A stretch of DNA of 64,000 nucleotides from Blepharisma stoltei ATCC 30299 (lineage: Eukaryota; Protista; Ciliophora). The position numbers and the translations under genes were made by a program. The stretch lies in assembly GCA_965603825.1 (NCBI GenBank), contig CBFDEM010000005.1, positions 1 through 64,000 of the forward strand, in the 5' to 3' direction. The notes beneath the pieces are model-generated. The model saw nothing but the letters and a program-made list of their open reading frames with translations, was not told the DNA's origin and made no database searches. This document shows, piece after piece, positions 45,639 through 59,716 of the stretch (position 1 is the stretch's first letter; each line of letters begins with the position of its first letter).

Positions 45639-46598
45639 ATGGACTCAACTCACCACTGTAACTTCGAGCAGTGTCACGATCCTTCTAAATGTGTTTGTTC
45701 CTGTGAAGGCCAAACCACATATCTCTGCAAAAAGCATATAGAAGCCCATAGATCTTCAAAACCTGACGCAAATCACCAGCTTATTTGGCTTATAATAGAC
45801 CCTGATAACTCTGTTCGTAACAACCTGCGGAATTATTTCCAGAAAAATATCGGCGCTCTGAGAGATCTGGAAACTTCCATTATAGATAGGCTGGAGACGG
45901 AGTCAAAGAAACTGAAGGAAGACACAGACAAGACTGTATCTTTTATTTCTGAAATTAAGGAAAAATACCAAAAAATAGACCAAGAAATACAAAATACAGT
46001 AGAAATCCCAGCAGTTGGGCTGACCTTGGCGCAAAGGTTGCTGAGTCTGGCCCCAGATACGATTTGGGAGTCTATTGAAAATTTAAAAAACACTGGGGAG
46101 CTTGTATCGACTGATCGAGCCTTTGAAATTGCTCATTTTTATGTGCTAAGGTACTGCCAAAGGCCAGTAAAACAGATTTTGGATCATATGATTGAGCTAA
46201 ACAAGTGCAATATCGTGTATGGCAGGCGGCAAACTTTAAGGCAAGAAAGATTGCAAAATTTAGATAGAGAGCTCACATTATTTAAAAAGAAAATAAGTCA
46301 GCTTAACGAGGAAAATTTAAAATTCGTGAAAGCTCACAATGAAAAACCTAATATAGAATCCAATAAAAGCGAAAAAGTCAGTGCAAAGTCTGAGAAAACG
46401 TGAGCTCAAGACATGCTGGAATTTTACCAGGACAACTCATCAGTTCCTACAAATTCAAGCCAAACCCAAAGCACGATTTCTCAGTTTGATGCACATTCGA
46501 CTATTTCTGATGTAGACTCAAGGTCAACGATTTCAGATGCAAGATCATCGTCATCAGACCTACATCTGCATACAAATAACTCAAACAATTCAAGATAA
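45639..46598 (+). CDS. Zn-finger (B-box-like) + coiled-coil protein with Ser-rich tail, 319 aa
   Basis: CNFEQC..CSC..LCKKHIEAH..H, same spacing as the 39524 gene; UGA 46401 joins the ORFs. Confidence 0.78.
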
Positions 46599-46978
46599 AT
46601 TTAAATATAATTTCAAATCATTTCAAATAGTGCGTTTCGGTAATTTTGGTTTTAAAAAACTTGCTATCCAATATAATTTACTTATAAAGCATTTAAATAT
46701 TAAGACAATATGATGACCTTACCCGGACTAATTAAAATTAGTGAAAAATAGGTAAAATTATTTCATTTAGTTTCTTTTAATATATACAATTGTATTTTTA
46801 CCGAATCTATTCAAAAGAAAAAATAATGAGCAACATAAATTTTATAAATAAATTATAAACATTTCAAAATGGAGCTTTGGCTATTCACAATTAAGCTCTG
46901 AAGTAGAATCAATAAAGGCTCGAAATCAATTTTTAGCTAATTATTATATAATTGGTGTATTAAAATTTATAAAAATAA

Positions 46979-48200
46979 ATGATGCATCTGGATACTGAAG
47001 CATTAGACCTTCGTATCAAATACAATAAAATATTGTTGACTCTTATTGAAAAAGCGACTGTTGGCGTTTCAATGTCAGGAAACGGAGATGAATGCACTAT
47101 AGATATTTCGATATGGAATGCTGAGCATTCAAATCTGAATTCTGAAGTAGACTTAACAAAATCTTGGAATCCAGCATTTTTTGCACCGAATAATGACGAT
47201 GTGATGAATTTGGATCTACTTCAAGAAGAAAATGTAGTTCCTGTGATGCTTTACTCCGCAGTCGTATTTCAATGGCCATCTTTGTATCAGGGGGTCTTAT
47301 TTTCTGCTAAAAATTTCCATAATGGCACTGCTTTTAATAAATGCACAATAAATAGAATGAAGAACAATCTCGGAATATTATCAACATACGAATATTTTGA
47401 GTTTCTGACAAATCAAAATATCAATGATGAAATTAAAACACTTATAAGAACTTTGGCGCTCTATTTCTATATTAGGGTGTTTTGCGGTAGCATGAGGCTT
47501 AACTTTAATCAATTTATGAAAAAAAGTTACAAATGAGAAATATGCAAGATTATTCAAAATAATGGGGAATTAGAAGCGTTTTTAAGATATCTTTATAAGA
47601 CTAATATTTGTAAGGTAGTTTTCAAATCCATAATAACTGAAGAAGATGAAAGTATTTTTGAAGCCAAGCTTGAGCAGATCTTTAATTATGTAATAGAGAA
47701 TTCATATTATGCTCATCTTCCAAGAGGCTTGAATGGACTTACAGCAAATTGGCCGCAAAATATTCGTAGGAAATCAATATGCGGAAAAAGAAGATGAAGG
47801 AGAAGAAGAGATAGAAGATAGCCTTGGATTTGGCCCTACACTAGTAATACTTCTACACGAAATAGCGATTCTTGCTACTAGATTTTGGGAACAGCAAATT
47901 TCTTATTTTAAAATTACTCATAACACCTCAGATACTGAAAGATCTTATGGAGAAATAGGAAACGATTTTGAATCGTTGCTTTTTGGTGACAAATTGAATG
48001 ACCTTTATATTGGAGGGGCAGATTTTTTATCGGAAATTGATAATTGGAACTTGCCAATAGATGAATTTCAATATCGCTTTAAAATAAGGCAAGAAATTAG
48101 TAAAGACAATGATGAAAGTTGTTGCGAACTCTCAAGAGGGAGAGCAAAGTGTGTGAAATTCGGAAGATGTGGGATGCTTTATAGTATTTCGCACTCATAA
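46979..48200 (+). pseudogene. Zincin-like array copy 1 (most divergent; +1 frameshift ~47747; motif HEIAI)
   Basis: 'acagcaAattggccgc' versus 'acagcaattggccgc' in paralogs; otherwise full length. Confidence 0.75.
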
Positions 48201-48532
48201 ATGATTAAAATTCTTTTAATAATAGAGAAGGCTGATTAATAGAAATCTGGATGGGTTTTAAATGGCTTTTGTGGTGTAATTATATTAATTGCATCTTTTG
48301 CTCTGGTGGTATTTGCTTTACGCATATGCTAAGCGAATTTAATTTTTATATGAAAATTACTCGATAATTTTAATTATCCAAAAGCCTTTTAGAATAATCT
48401 ATTGTCATAACTTTTTATACAATCTCTGATTATTACCATTATCCTTCATTACTTAACATCAACTGTAGATAATAATCTGATTTTATATCAATTTAAGCTT
48501 CCAAAAAGTACAAATGAAAAATATGCAATATT

Positions 48533-49306
48533 ATGCAAAATAATAGAAAATTAGAAGCGCTTTTAAGAAATCTTTGCTACACAAGCGTTTGCAAGGAAGT
48601 TTTCAAAAACATAATTATTGAGGAAGATGAAAGTATTTTTGAAGCCAAGCTTACAGAGCTCTTTAATTATGTGGCAGAGAATTCATATTATGCTCATCTT
48701 CCAAAAGGTTTGCATGGGGTTACTGCTATTGGCTGTAAAATATTCATATCAAGCAAATACTTGAAAAAAATAGAAGATGAAGAAGAAGAGAAAAAAGAAA
48801 AGGAGAAAGAAGAAGAGAAAGAAGAGGAGAAAAAAGAAGAGAAAAAAGAAGCGAAAAAAGTAAATGAATTAGAAGTAAGATTAAGAAGAGATCTAAAAAA
48901 GCTAGAAGATAGATTTAGATGGAGCCCAACTCTGAAAATACTTCTACATGAAATAGCTGTTCTTTCTACTAGATTCTGGGAACAGCAAACATCTTACTTT
49001 AGAATTGCACCTAGAGAGTATATAAATCCATCAAATCCTCGAAAATCATATAAAGATATAGGAGACTATCTCGAGTCGTTACTCTTTGGTGACAGGTTGA
49101 AGAGTCTTTATCGTGGAGGGGCAGAGATTTTATTAAATATTCACAACTGAAACTTGCCGATTGATAGGTTTCAGTCTAAATTCCTAGAATGGCAAGAAGA
49201 TAGCAAAGCATATGGTGGCAATTTTTACCTTCTCTGAAGTCGAAAAATAGAAGCCAACTGTGTTACATTCGGCAGATGTGGGATGTCTTATTTGAATTCG
49301 CGTTAG
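48533..49306 (+). pseudogene. Array copy 2, 5'-truncated (C-terminal half only; open 257-aa frame; motif HEIAV)
   Basis: Homology starts ~48505 at the domain junction (KYKWKIC); ORF from ATG 48533 to TAG 49306 with UGA=Trp. Confidence 0.7.
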
Positions 49307-49819
49307 CATTGCTTAAAACGCTATTGTAATAGAGCTGATTAATAGAAAGTATCTAAATTTAATAAATTTTAGAGAAGATAAATCTATATGAATATTTTTA
49401 ATTAGATATAATAGACGCTCTTTAATTGGAGACAAATAGCTAAGCTGAGGCTCAAAGCAGTCCTACATTTTTAGTTCTTCTTATCCCCAAAATTTCTTGA
49501 TTGGGGGACCCTCTTTTTTTAGCTCATCATTAAGCTGGTCAAATAGAAAATGTCTTAATTCTTCAATTAATTGGATAGAAATTTTATCATTATGGGATTA
49601 AAGTAGGTCCAAGCTAATTTTGCCATTACTAATAAATAATTGCTCACTCCTTTACCCAGTCATTAAAGTGGCTGAAACTTTGTTTCTCAGCTGTCTATCT
49701 CTCAAATAGTGAATTTATTTCTCAGCCCAATTTTATAAGCCAATATTTCATTCATAAAATAATGGGTTTAGCTAATTATAGCATTTATACTCAATTATAA
49801 TAAAATTTTATAAAAATAA

Positions 49820-51102
49820 ATGATGGTTCCTGACAATAAAGCATTAAAGCTTCTTTTCCGCTACAATAAAATAGTTATGGATCTTCAACTGTTGAGGACC
49901 CAATGCCAGAAGAAGAAAAGCAGAACCGTATCCATTATAAGAAATACAATATCGATATTTCGATATGGAGTGTTGAATATTTAGATCTGACATCTAAAGT
50001 AGAGTCAATCAAGGCTTTATATCCAGCATTTTTTGTAGAAAATAATGACCCTGTAATGAATTTAGACTTGTTTTACGAGCAAATATAGTTCATGTACTCC
50101 TTTACTCCGCAGTCATACTCCAATGACCTTCTTTGGACCCGAAAGTCTTATTTTCTGCTGATAATTTCACTAAGGGCTATGCTTTTAATAAATTTTCTAT
50201 AAAGAGAATGAAATGCAATCTCAGAATACTCTCAAACTCAAATGCATTGAGTATTTGACAGATCAAAATCTCAATGATGAAATAAAAGCACTCGTAAGAA
50301 CTTTAGCACTCTATTTCTATATTAGGGCACATGATGGCAGCATTGCACTCAATTTAAATTTGTTTATAGATAAAAAGTATAAGTGAAAATTGTGCAAGAT
50401 TATTCAAAATAATAGAAAATTAGAATCATTTTTGAGAAATCTTTATCACACAAGCATTTGTAAGAAAGTTTTCAAAAACATAATAATTGAGGAAGACGAA
50501 AGTGCTTTCGAAGCCAAACTTACAGAACTCTTTAATTATGTAATAGAGAAGTCATATTATGTTCACCTTCCAAGAGGTTTGTATGGGCTCACAGCAATTG
50601 ACCACAGAATATATATATCAAGCGAATACACTCCAGAAAAAGAAGAAGATGAAGAAGAAGAAGAAGAAGAAGTTGAAGAAGATGAAGAAGAAGAAGAGAA
50701 AGAAGATGAGCTTTGATTTGACGCTACTCTGATAATACTTTTGCACGAAATTGCGCACCTTCTTCTAGATTTTGGAAGCAGCAAAACTCTTACTTTATAA
50801 TGACACTTAAAAAGTTCAAAGGCCCATCAGACCCCGAAAACTCAAATGGAAAGATAGGAGACTATCTCGAATCGTTGCTTTTTGGTGGCAGGCAAGGTCT
50901 TTATAGTGGAGGGGCAGAAATTTTATTAAACATTGATAACTGAAACTTGCCAATAGATGAGTTTCAATCTAACTTCCAAAGTATGCAAGAAGATTGTAGA
51001 GCAAATGGTGAGCCAATATGCGCACTTACGGTGGGGAAAGGAATGACCAATTATGTTAAATTCGGCAGATGTGGGATGCCTTATAGAAGTTCACATTCTT
51101 AA
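49820..51102 (+). pseudogene. Array copy 3, multiple frameshifts (motif HEIAH)
   Basis: ~10-bp deletion near 49885 and further indels near 50085, 50240, 50776 and 50892. Confidence 0.85.
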
Positions 51103-51385
51103 TGCTTAAATTGCTAATAATAAAGTATCTAAATCTAATGAGTTCGAGAAGATGAATTTATATGAATAATAGACGCTCTTAACTTAGGTGTAAATAGCTT
51201 CTTGATGGAGTTTAAAGTTCACATTATTATTGTCATTGCTGCAGCTTATACCTAGCCTTGAAACAAGCTCAATTGGCTCTATAAAAAACTTTCTAAGCTG
51301 AGGCTCAAAATACCTAAGCAGTCCTACATTTTCTGAATTGCTTATTTCTTTGGCTCATCATTAAGCTAGTCAAATAGAAATAGAC

Positions 51386-51987
51386 TTAGAAATTCTTTTC
51401 AACTACAATAAAATAGTTATGGATCTTATTCAAAAATTAACTTTTGAGGATCCAATTTGAAAAATATACAACAGAGCGATACCTATGACAAGGAATACAC
51501 TATCGATGCTCCGAAATGGAGTATTGAGCATTCGGATCTGATATCTAAAGTAGATTTAATCAAAGTTTTATATACGGCATTTTTTGTAGAAAATAATGAC
51601 CCTGAAATTTTAGATTTAGTGCCGTTATTAAAAGCTGTTATAAATAAAGCAGGGAATCGAAGAGACAAGCCTATTAGAAGACGAACTGTTTCTTTGACAC
51701 AGTTCTTTCGAACCTCTCAAATCTTCATCCGAATCAATGAGGACCAATTCTCTTTGTTCAGAAACTCTCAGAGAGTCACCTACCCCTTCACTGAGTCTGA
51801 ATTAGGTGGTTACCCGACCTCTACTCTCCTTTTTATACTGTGACCTTGTAATGAATTTAGACTTTCTCCAAGAGAAAAGTGTAGTTCATGCACTCCTTTA
51901 CTCCGCAGTCATGCTTCAATGGCCTTCTTTGAACCTGACAGGCTTATTTTCTGCAGATTACATAAACAGAGGCACTGCTTTTGATGA
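51386..51987 (+). pseudogene. Array copy 4, N-terminal fragment interrupted by a ~240-bp foreign insert
   Basis: Homology to the N-terminal domain at 51386-51601 and 51841-51987; the rest is absent. Confidence 0.8.
51597..51845. other. 239-bp insertion (51602-51840) flanked by TGACC direct repeats
   Basis: Paralogs read AATGACC|TTGTAATG; here TGACC occurs at 51597-51601 and 51841-51845 around unrelated sequence. No terminal inverted repeats seen. Confidence 0.75.
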
Positions 51988-52095
51988 AGAAATGGAGAGA
52001 ATTGATGAGTGGGATTTGACTGGTAAAGCAATTACTATTGATGCTGAATCTTGAGACACCATTAATAATGCCCAAAGTAAAATTATAAAATTAAA

Positions 52096-53469
52096 ATGAT
52101 AGTTCCGAACAATAAAGCATTAGAGATTCTTTTCAGCTACAATAAAATAGTTATGGATCTCATTCAAAAATCAACTGTTGAGTATTCAATGTCAGAAAAT
52201 ATAGAAGAATGCAGTGCCTATTCCGAGGAATACACCATTGATATTCCGAAATGGAGTGTTGAGTATTCGGATCTGACATCTCAAGTAGATTCAATCAAGA
52301 CCTTATATCCGACCTTTTTTGTGCAAGATAATGACTCTGTGATGAATTTAGACTTGCTCCAAGAGCAAAATGTAGTTCATGTTCTCCTTTACTCCGCAGT
52401 CATGCTTCAATGGCCTTCTTTGCACACGACAGTCTTTTTTTCGGTTGATGATATCAACAAGGGCACGACTTTTGATGAAATTGAAATAGATAGAATGAAG
52501 CGCAATATCGGAATATTATCAAAATCCGAATGCTTTGATTTTTTAACAAATCAAAATATCGATAATGAAATTAAAACACTCACAAGAACTTTAGCACTCT
52601 ATTTCTATACCAGGGCGCATGGTGGAAGCATTACACTCGATTTAGATTTATTAGAAGGCAGAGAGTACGAATGAAAAATACGTAAGATTTTTCAAAATAA
52701 TAGGAAATTAGAAAGGTTTTTAAGAAATCTTTATCACACCAAAATTTGCAAGGAAGTGTATAGAAAAATTATACGTGCTGACGATGAAAGTGATTTCGAA
52801 GCTAAACTTGAAGAACTCTTTAATTATGTGATAGAGGATTCATATTATGCTAACCTTCCAAAAGGTTTGTATGGGCTCACAGCAATTGGCCGCAAAATAT
52901 TCATATCATGCGAATACACTCCAGAAAAAGAAGAAGAAAAAGTGAAAGAAACAGAAGAAAAGAAAAAAGAAGAAGAGAAAGAGAAAGAGAAAGAGGAAAA
53001 TAAAGAAGAAACAAAAAATGTAAGTAAAGCAGAGATAAAAGAAAGAGGTGCGTATACAAAGGCAGGATATCAATTTGGATTTGGACCTACACTGATAATA
53101 CTTTTGCACGAAATAGCACACCTTTCTTCTCGATTTTGGGAGCAACAAACTTCTTACTTTAGAATCACACCCAGAGATTACAAAAGCCGATCAGATCCTG
53201 AAACATCATATGGAGAAATAGGAAACTATCTAGAGTCACTGTTATTTGGTGACAGGCTGCAAGCTCTTTATCGTGGAGGTGAAAAGGCTTTATTAAAGAT
53301 TAGTCTTTGAAACTTGCCAATTGATAAGTTTCAAGCTGAATTCCTAAAATGGCAAGAATATAGTAAAGCAAGGGGCGGCAAAGCATGTATCCTTTCAAGA
53401 GGGAATGGAATAGCCAACTGTGTTAAATTCGGGAGATGTGGGATGTCTTATTGGACTTCACGTTCGTAA
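52096..53469 (+). CDS. Zincin-like metallopeptidase array copy 5, intact, 457 aa (HEIAH)
   Basis: Single frame with UGA=Trp at 52672 and 53308; YGLTAIGRKIFIS..LLHEIAHLSSR..TP..GEIGNYLESLLFG..CVKFGRCGM. Confidence 0.85.
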
Positions 53470-53800
53470 TGCTTAAATTGTAATAATAGAGATATATAAG
53501 TCTAGAGAAGATGAATATCATGTTAAATTCAATAGACACTCTTTACTTCAGTGTAAATAGCTTCTTGTAGAGCTTAAAGTATGCAGTATTATCTTCATTG
53601 CAACAATTCATACCTAGCATTGAAACAAAGCTCAGTTGACTCTATAAGCAACTTTATAAGCTGAGACTCAAAATGCCCAAGCAGTCCTACATTTTTTGTC
53701 TTTTCTTGTGCCCAGATTGCTTGTTTCCAGAATCTTCTTTTAGCTCATCACTTAGCTGATCAAATGGAAATGGGGCTTAATTCGCCAATTAATAGTAAAA

Positions 53801-53813
53801 TTATAAAAATAAA
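53801..53813 (+). promoter_or_regulatory. Conserved TTATAAAAATAAA leader immediately 5' of the array ATG (recurs before full-length copies)
   Basis: Near-identical motif before ATGs at 46979, 49820, 52096, 53814, 55394, 58430, 59947, 61799 and 63434, although sequence further upstream differs. Confidence 0.4.
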
Positions 53814-55115
53814 ATGATGGTTCCGAACGATAAAACATTAGAGCTTCTTTTCAGCTACAATAAAATAGTTAAAGATCTTATTCAAAAATCAACTGTTGAG
53901 GATCCAATGTTTCAGAGGCGCACCATCTGCAAACGATACATAATCGATATTCCGAAATGGAGTGTTGAGTATTCGGATCTGACATCTCAAGTAGATTCAA
54001 TCAAGACCTTATATCCAGCATTTTTTGTGCAAGATAATGACTCTGTAATGAATTTAGACTTGCTTCAAGAGCAAAATGTAGTTCATGTTCTCCTTTACTC
54101 CGCAGTCATGCTTCAATGGTCTTCTTTGAACCCGGCAGTCTTTTTTTCGGTTGATGATTTAAACAATGGTACTGCTTTTGATTCATTTGCAATAGATAAA
54201 ATGAAGTTTAATTTAGACATGCTCTCAGATTATAAATGTATTGATTTTTTGACAAATCAAAATATCGATAATGAAATTAAAACACTCACAAGAACTTTAG
54301 CACTCTATTTCTATATCAGGGCGCATGGTGGAAGCATTACACTCGATTTAGATTTATTAAAAGGCAAAGAGTACGAATGAAAAATATGTAAGATTTTTCA
54401 AAAGAATGGGGAATTAGAAGGGTTTTTAAGAAATATTTATCACGCAAGCATTTGCAAGGAAGTGTATAGAAAAATTATACGTGCTGACGATGAAAGTGAT
54501 TTCGAAGCTAAACTTGCAGAACTCTTTAATTATGTGATAGAGAATTCATATTATGCTAACCTTCCACAAGGTCTGTATGGGCTCACAGCAATTGGCCACA
54601 AAATATTCATATCATGCGAATACACTCCAGAAAAAGAAGAAGAAAAAGTGAAAGAAACAGAAGAAAAGAAAAAAGAAGAGGAAGAGAAACCAAAGGATTC
54701 ATATAACAAATCATATCAATTTGGATTTGGACCTACACTGATAATACTTTTGCACGAAATTGCACACCTTTCTTCTAGATTTTGGGAGCAGCAAACTTCT
54801 TACTTTAGAATAACACCCAGAGATTGCAAAAGCCCATCAGATCCTGAAAGATCTTATGGAGAAATAGGAAACTATTTAGAGACACAGCTATTTGGTGACA
54901 GGCTGCAAGCTCTTTATTTTGGAGGGGAAGAGATTTTATTAAATATTGAAAACTGAAACTTGCCAATTGGTGAGTTTCAGGCTGAATTCTTAAATATGCA
55001 AGAATATTGCAAAGCAAGGGGTGGCAAAGCATGCATCCTTTCAAGAGGGAATGGAATAGCCAACTGTGTTAAATTCGGGAGATGTGGGATGTCTTATTGG
55101 ACTTCACGTTCATAA
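53814..55115 (+). CDS. Array copy 6, intact, 433 aa (HEIAH)
   Basis: Single frame with UGA=Trp at 54378 and 54954; TAA 55113-55115. Confidence 0.85.
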
Positions 55116-55393
55116 TGCTTAAATTGTAATAATAGAGAACGTTGATTAATAGAAATTATCCGAATATATAAGTCTAGAGAAGATGAATTTATATGAATAC
55201 TTTTAATTATAATAGACGCTCTTAACTTAAGTGTAAATAGATTATTTGTAGTGCTTAAAGTCTACAGTATTATCGTCATCGTTGCAGCTCATGCTTTACC
55301 TTGAAGGAAGGAACTTAATTAACTCTATAAACAACTTTCTAAGCAGCTTATCAAAATATTTAGATCCCCATTATAGTTAATTATAAAAATAAA

Positions 55394-56746
55394 ATGATGA
55401 TTCCAATCAAAAAAGCACTAAAGCTTCTTTTCAGGTACAATAAAATAGTTATGTCTCTTATTCGAAAATCAACTGTTGAGGCTCCAATGCTAAAGAGGCG
55501 CGTCAATAACAAAAATAAGACTATCAATATTTCGAAATGGAGTGTTGAGTATTCGGATCTGACATCTAAAGTAGATTCAATTAAGGCTTTATGTCCGGCA
55601 TTTTTTGTGCAAGATAATGACTCTGTAATGAACTTAGACTTGCTCCAAGAGCAAAATGTAGTTCATGTTCTCCTTTACTCCGCAGTCATGATTCAATGGC
55701 CTTCTTTGGACCCAACAGTCTTATATTCTGTAGATGATATCAACAATGGCACTGTTTTTGATAAATATGCTATAAATAGAATAAGGTCAAATCTTAAAAT
55801 TCTCTCAAAAAACAATTGTATTAATTTTTTGACAAATCGGAATATCGATTATGAAATTAAAACACTCACGAGAACTTTAGCTCTCTATTTCTATATTAGG
55901 GCGTGTGGCGGCAGCATTACACTCAATTTAGATTTATTAAAAGGGGGAGAGTACGAATGAAAAATATGTAAGATTTTTCAAAAGAATGGGGAATTAGAAG
56001 GGTTTTTAAGAAATATTTATCACACAAGTATTTGCAAGGAAGTGTATAGAAACATTATACGTGCTGAAGATGAAAATGATTTCGAAGCCAAACTTAAAGA
56101 ATTATTTGATTATGTAATAGAGAATTCATATTATGCTCACCTTCCAAGAGGTTTGTATGGGCTCACAGCGATTGGCCGCAAAATATTCATATCAAGCAAA
56201 TATATGGAAAAAAAAGAAGAAATAAAAGTAGAAGAGGAAGAGGACGAGGAAGAGGAAGAGGAAGAGGACGAAGAAGAGGAAGAGGAAAATAAAGAAGATG
56301 AAGAAGAAGAAGAGGAAGAAGAAGATTCAGATAATAGCTCAGAATATAAATTTGGATTTGGACCTTCATTGATAATACTTTTGCACGAAATAGCACATCT
56401 TTCTTCTAGATTTTGGGAGCGGCAAAATTCTTACTTTATCATTACGCCGAAAAAGTTCAAAAGTCCATCAGACCCCGAAAATTCATATGGAGAAATAGGA
56501 AACTATCTAGAGTCACTGCTATTTGGAGACAGGCTGCAAGCTCTTTATAGTGGAGGAGAAGATATTTTATTAGATATTGAAAACTGAAACTTGCCAATTG
56601 GTGAGTTTCAGGCTGAATTCCTAAATATGCAAGAACTTAGCAAAAGAAGCGGTAGCAAAGCATGTATCCTTTCAAGAGGGAATGAAATAGCCAACTGTGT
56701 TAAATTTGGGAGATGTGGGATGTCTTATTGAATTTCACGTTCGTAA
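55394..56746 (+). CDS. Array copy 7, intact, 450 aa (HEIAH; long poly-Glu insert)
   Basis: Single frame with three UGA=Trp; TAA 56744-56746. Confidence 0.85.
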
Positions 56747-57060
56747 TGCTTAAATTGCTAATAATAAAAAATTTTGACTAATAGAAATTATCAAAATATA
56801 AAAGTTTAGAGAAGTTGAATTTATTAGAATACTTTTAATTATAATAGACGCTCTTAACTTTAGTGTAAATAATTTATTGATGGAGCTTCATACTGGCCTT
56901 GAAGCAGGCTCAATTGGCTCTATAAACAACTTTCTAATTGCCTAAACAGTCCTACATTTTCTGGCTCTTTTGTGCCCAGATTGCTTGTTTCTGGAATCTT
57001 CTTTTTAGCTCATCACTTAGTTGATCAAATGGAAATGGGGCTTATGCAATTTAGTATCAC

Positions 57061-57834
57061 AATATTATTCAAAATAACAGAGAATTAGAAGCGCTGTTAA
57101 GAAATCTTTATCACACAAGCATTTGTAAGGAAATTTTCAAGCACATTATTATAGAGGAAGATGAAAGTGTTTTTGAAGCCAAGCTTGCAGAACTCTTTAA
57201 TTATGTAGCAGAGCATTCATATTATGCTCATCTTCCAAAAGTTTTACATGGGGTTACAGCGATTGGCTGCAAAATATTCATATCAAGCGAATACATGAAA
57301 AAAATAGAAGATGAAAAAGAAGAGAAAAAAGAAGAAAAAAAAGAAGATAAAGAAGATGAAAAAGAAGAGAAAAAAGAAGCGAAAAAAGTAAATGGATTAG
57401 AAGTAAGATTAAGAAGAGATCTAAAAAAGCTAGAAGACAAATTTAAATGGAGCCCTACTCTGAAAATACTTCTGCACGAAATAGCAGTTCTTGCTACTAG
57501 ATTTTGGGAACAGCAAACTTCTTACTTTAGAATTACGCCTAGAGAGTATATAAACCCATCAGATCCTGGAAAATCATATGGAGATATAGGAGACTATCTC
57601 GAGTCGTTACTCTTTGGTCACAGGTTGAAATGCCTTTATCGTGGAGGGGCAAAACTTTTATTAAATATTAATAGCTGAAACTTGCCAATTGATAGGTTTC
57701 AGTCTAAATTCCTAAAATGGCAAGAACATAGCAAAGCAAATGGTGGCAATTTTTACCTTCTCTGAAGTCGAAAAATAGAAGTCAACTGTGTTACATTCGG
57801 CAGACGTGGGATGTCTTATTGGAATTCGCGTTAG
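57061..57834 (+). pseudogene. Array copy 8, 5'-truncated (motif HEIAV), closest to copy 2
   Basis: Homology starts ~57063 after an in-frame TAG; shares LEVRLRRDLKKLED..WSPTLK and FYLLWSRKIE with copy 2. Confidence 0.75.
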
Positions 57835-58429
57835 CAATGCTTAAAATGCTATTATGATATAGCTGATTAATAGAAATCATCTAAATTTAATAAATTTTAG
57901 AGAAGATGAGTCTATAAATGCTTTTAATTAGCTATAATAGACGCTCTTAATTGTAGACAAATAGCTACTTGATGGAGCTTAAAGTCAGCACTATTTCCGT
58001 CATTGCGGCAGCTCATAACTGGCCTTGAAATTAGTTCAACTGTGCCAATAAATAGCTTACTAAACTGAGGCTCAAAACAGTCCTACATATTCTACCTCTT
58101 TTTTCCCAAATTTCTTGATTGGGGACCCTCTTTTTTAACTCATCATTAAGCTGATATTTGGAAAATGGGCTTAATTCTTTAATTAATAGGATAGGAATTT
58201 TATCATTTAGGGATTTGCCATTACTAATAAATAATTTCTTACTCCTCTATTCAAGCCATTAAAGTGGCTGAAACTTTTTTTTCTAAGGTTAAGTTATCTA
58301 TATCTCAAATAGCGAATCTATTTCTCAGCCCAATTTTAGAAGTCAATATTTTCATTCATAAAATAATGACTTTAAATTTAGCTAATCATAGCATTTGCAC
58401 TCCATTATAATAAAAGTTTATAAAAATAA

Positions 58430-59716
58430 ATGATAGTTCCGGACAATAAAGCATTAAAGCTTCTTTTCAGATACAATAAAATAGTTATAGATCTTATTCA
58501 AGAATCCACTGTTGAGGCTCCAATGTCAGAAAAAGAAAATCAAAACTGTACCTATAACAAGAAATACACTATCGATATTTCGAAATGGAGTTCTGAGTAT
58601 TTAGATCTGACATCTCAAGTAGAGTCAATCAAGGCCTTATATCCAGCATTTTTTGTAGAAAATAATGACTCTGTAATGAATTTAGACTTGCTTCAAGAAC
58701 AAAATGTATTTCATGTACTCCTCTACTCCGCAGTCATGCTTCAATGGTATTCTTTGGATCCAAAAATCTTATTTTCTGCTGATAATTTTGCTAGGGGCTA
58801 TGCTTTTAATAAATCTTCCATAAAGAGAATGAAGAGCAATCTCAGAATACTCTCAAACCCCAAATGCATTAAGTTTTTGACAGATCAAAATCTCAATAAT
58901 GAAATAAAAGCACTCGTAAGAACTTTGGCACTTTATTTCTATATTAGAGCACATGGTGGCAGCATTACTCTCAACTTATTTTTGTTTATAGATAAAAAGT
59001 ACAAATGAAAATTGTGCAAGATTATTCAAAATAATAGAAAATTGGAAGATTTTTTAAGAAATCTTTATCACACGAGTGTCTGCAAGGAGGTGTATAAAAG
59101 AATAATACCTGCTGAAAATGAAAGTGTTTATGGATACAAGCTTGCAGAACTCTTTGATTATGTGATAGAGAATTCATATTATGCTCACCTTCCAAGAGGT
59201 TTGTATGGGCTAATAGCAATTGATCATAAAATATTCATATCAAGCGAATACATGGAGGAAAAAGAAGAAGATAAAGAGGATGAAGAGGATGAAGAAGAAA
59301 AAGAAGAAAAAGAAGATGAGTTTGAATTTGGACCTACACTGATAATACTTTTGCACGAAATAGCGAACCTTTCTTCTAGATTTTGGGAACTGCAAAATTC
59401 TTACTTTAGAATAACACCTAGAGAGTACAAAAACCCATCAGATCCTGGAAGATCATATATAGAGATAGGAGACTATCTCGAATCGCTGCTCTTTGGTGAC
59501 AAGCTGCAAGGTCTTTATAGTGGAGGGGTAGAAGTTTTATTGAACATTGATAACTGAAACTTGCCAATAGATGAGTTTCGATCTTACTTCCATATTATGC
59601 AAGAAGATTGCAGAGCAAATAGAAACCCAGTATGCACTCTTACAAGAGGTAATGGAATAGCAAATTGTGTTAAATTCGGCAGATGTGGGATGTCTTATTG
59701 AACTTCACGTTCATAA
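58430..59716 (+). CDS. Array copy 9, intact frame, 428 aa, degenerate motif HEIAN
   Basis: Single frame with three UGA=Trp; TAA 59714-59716; closest to copy 3. Confidence 0.82.
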
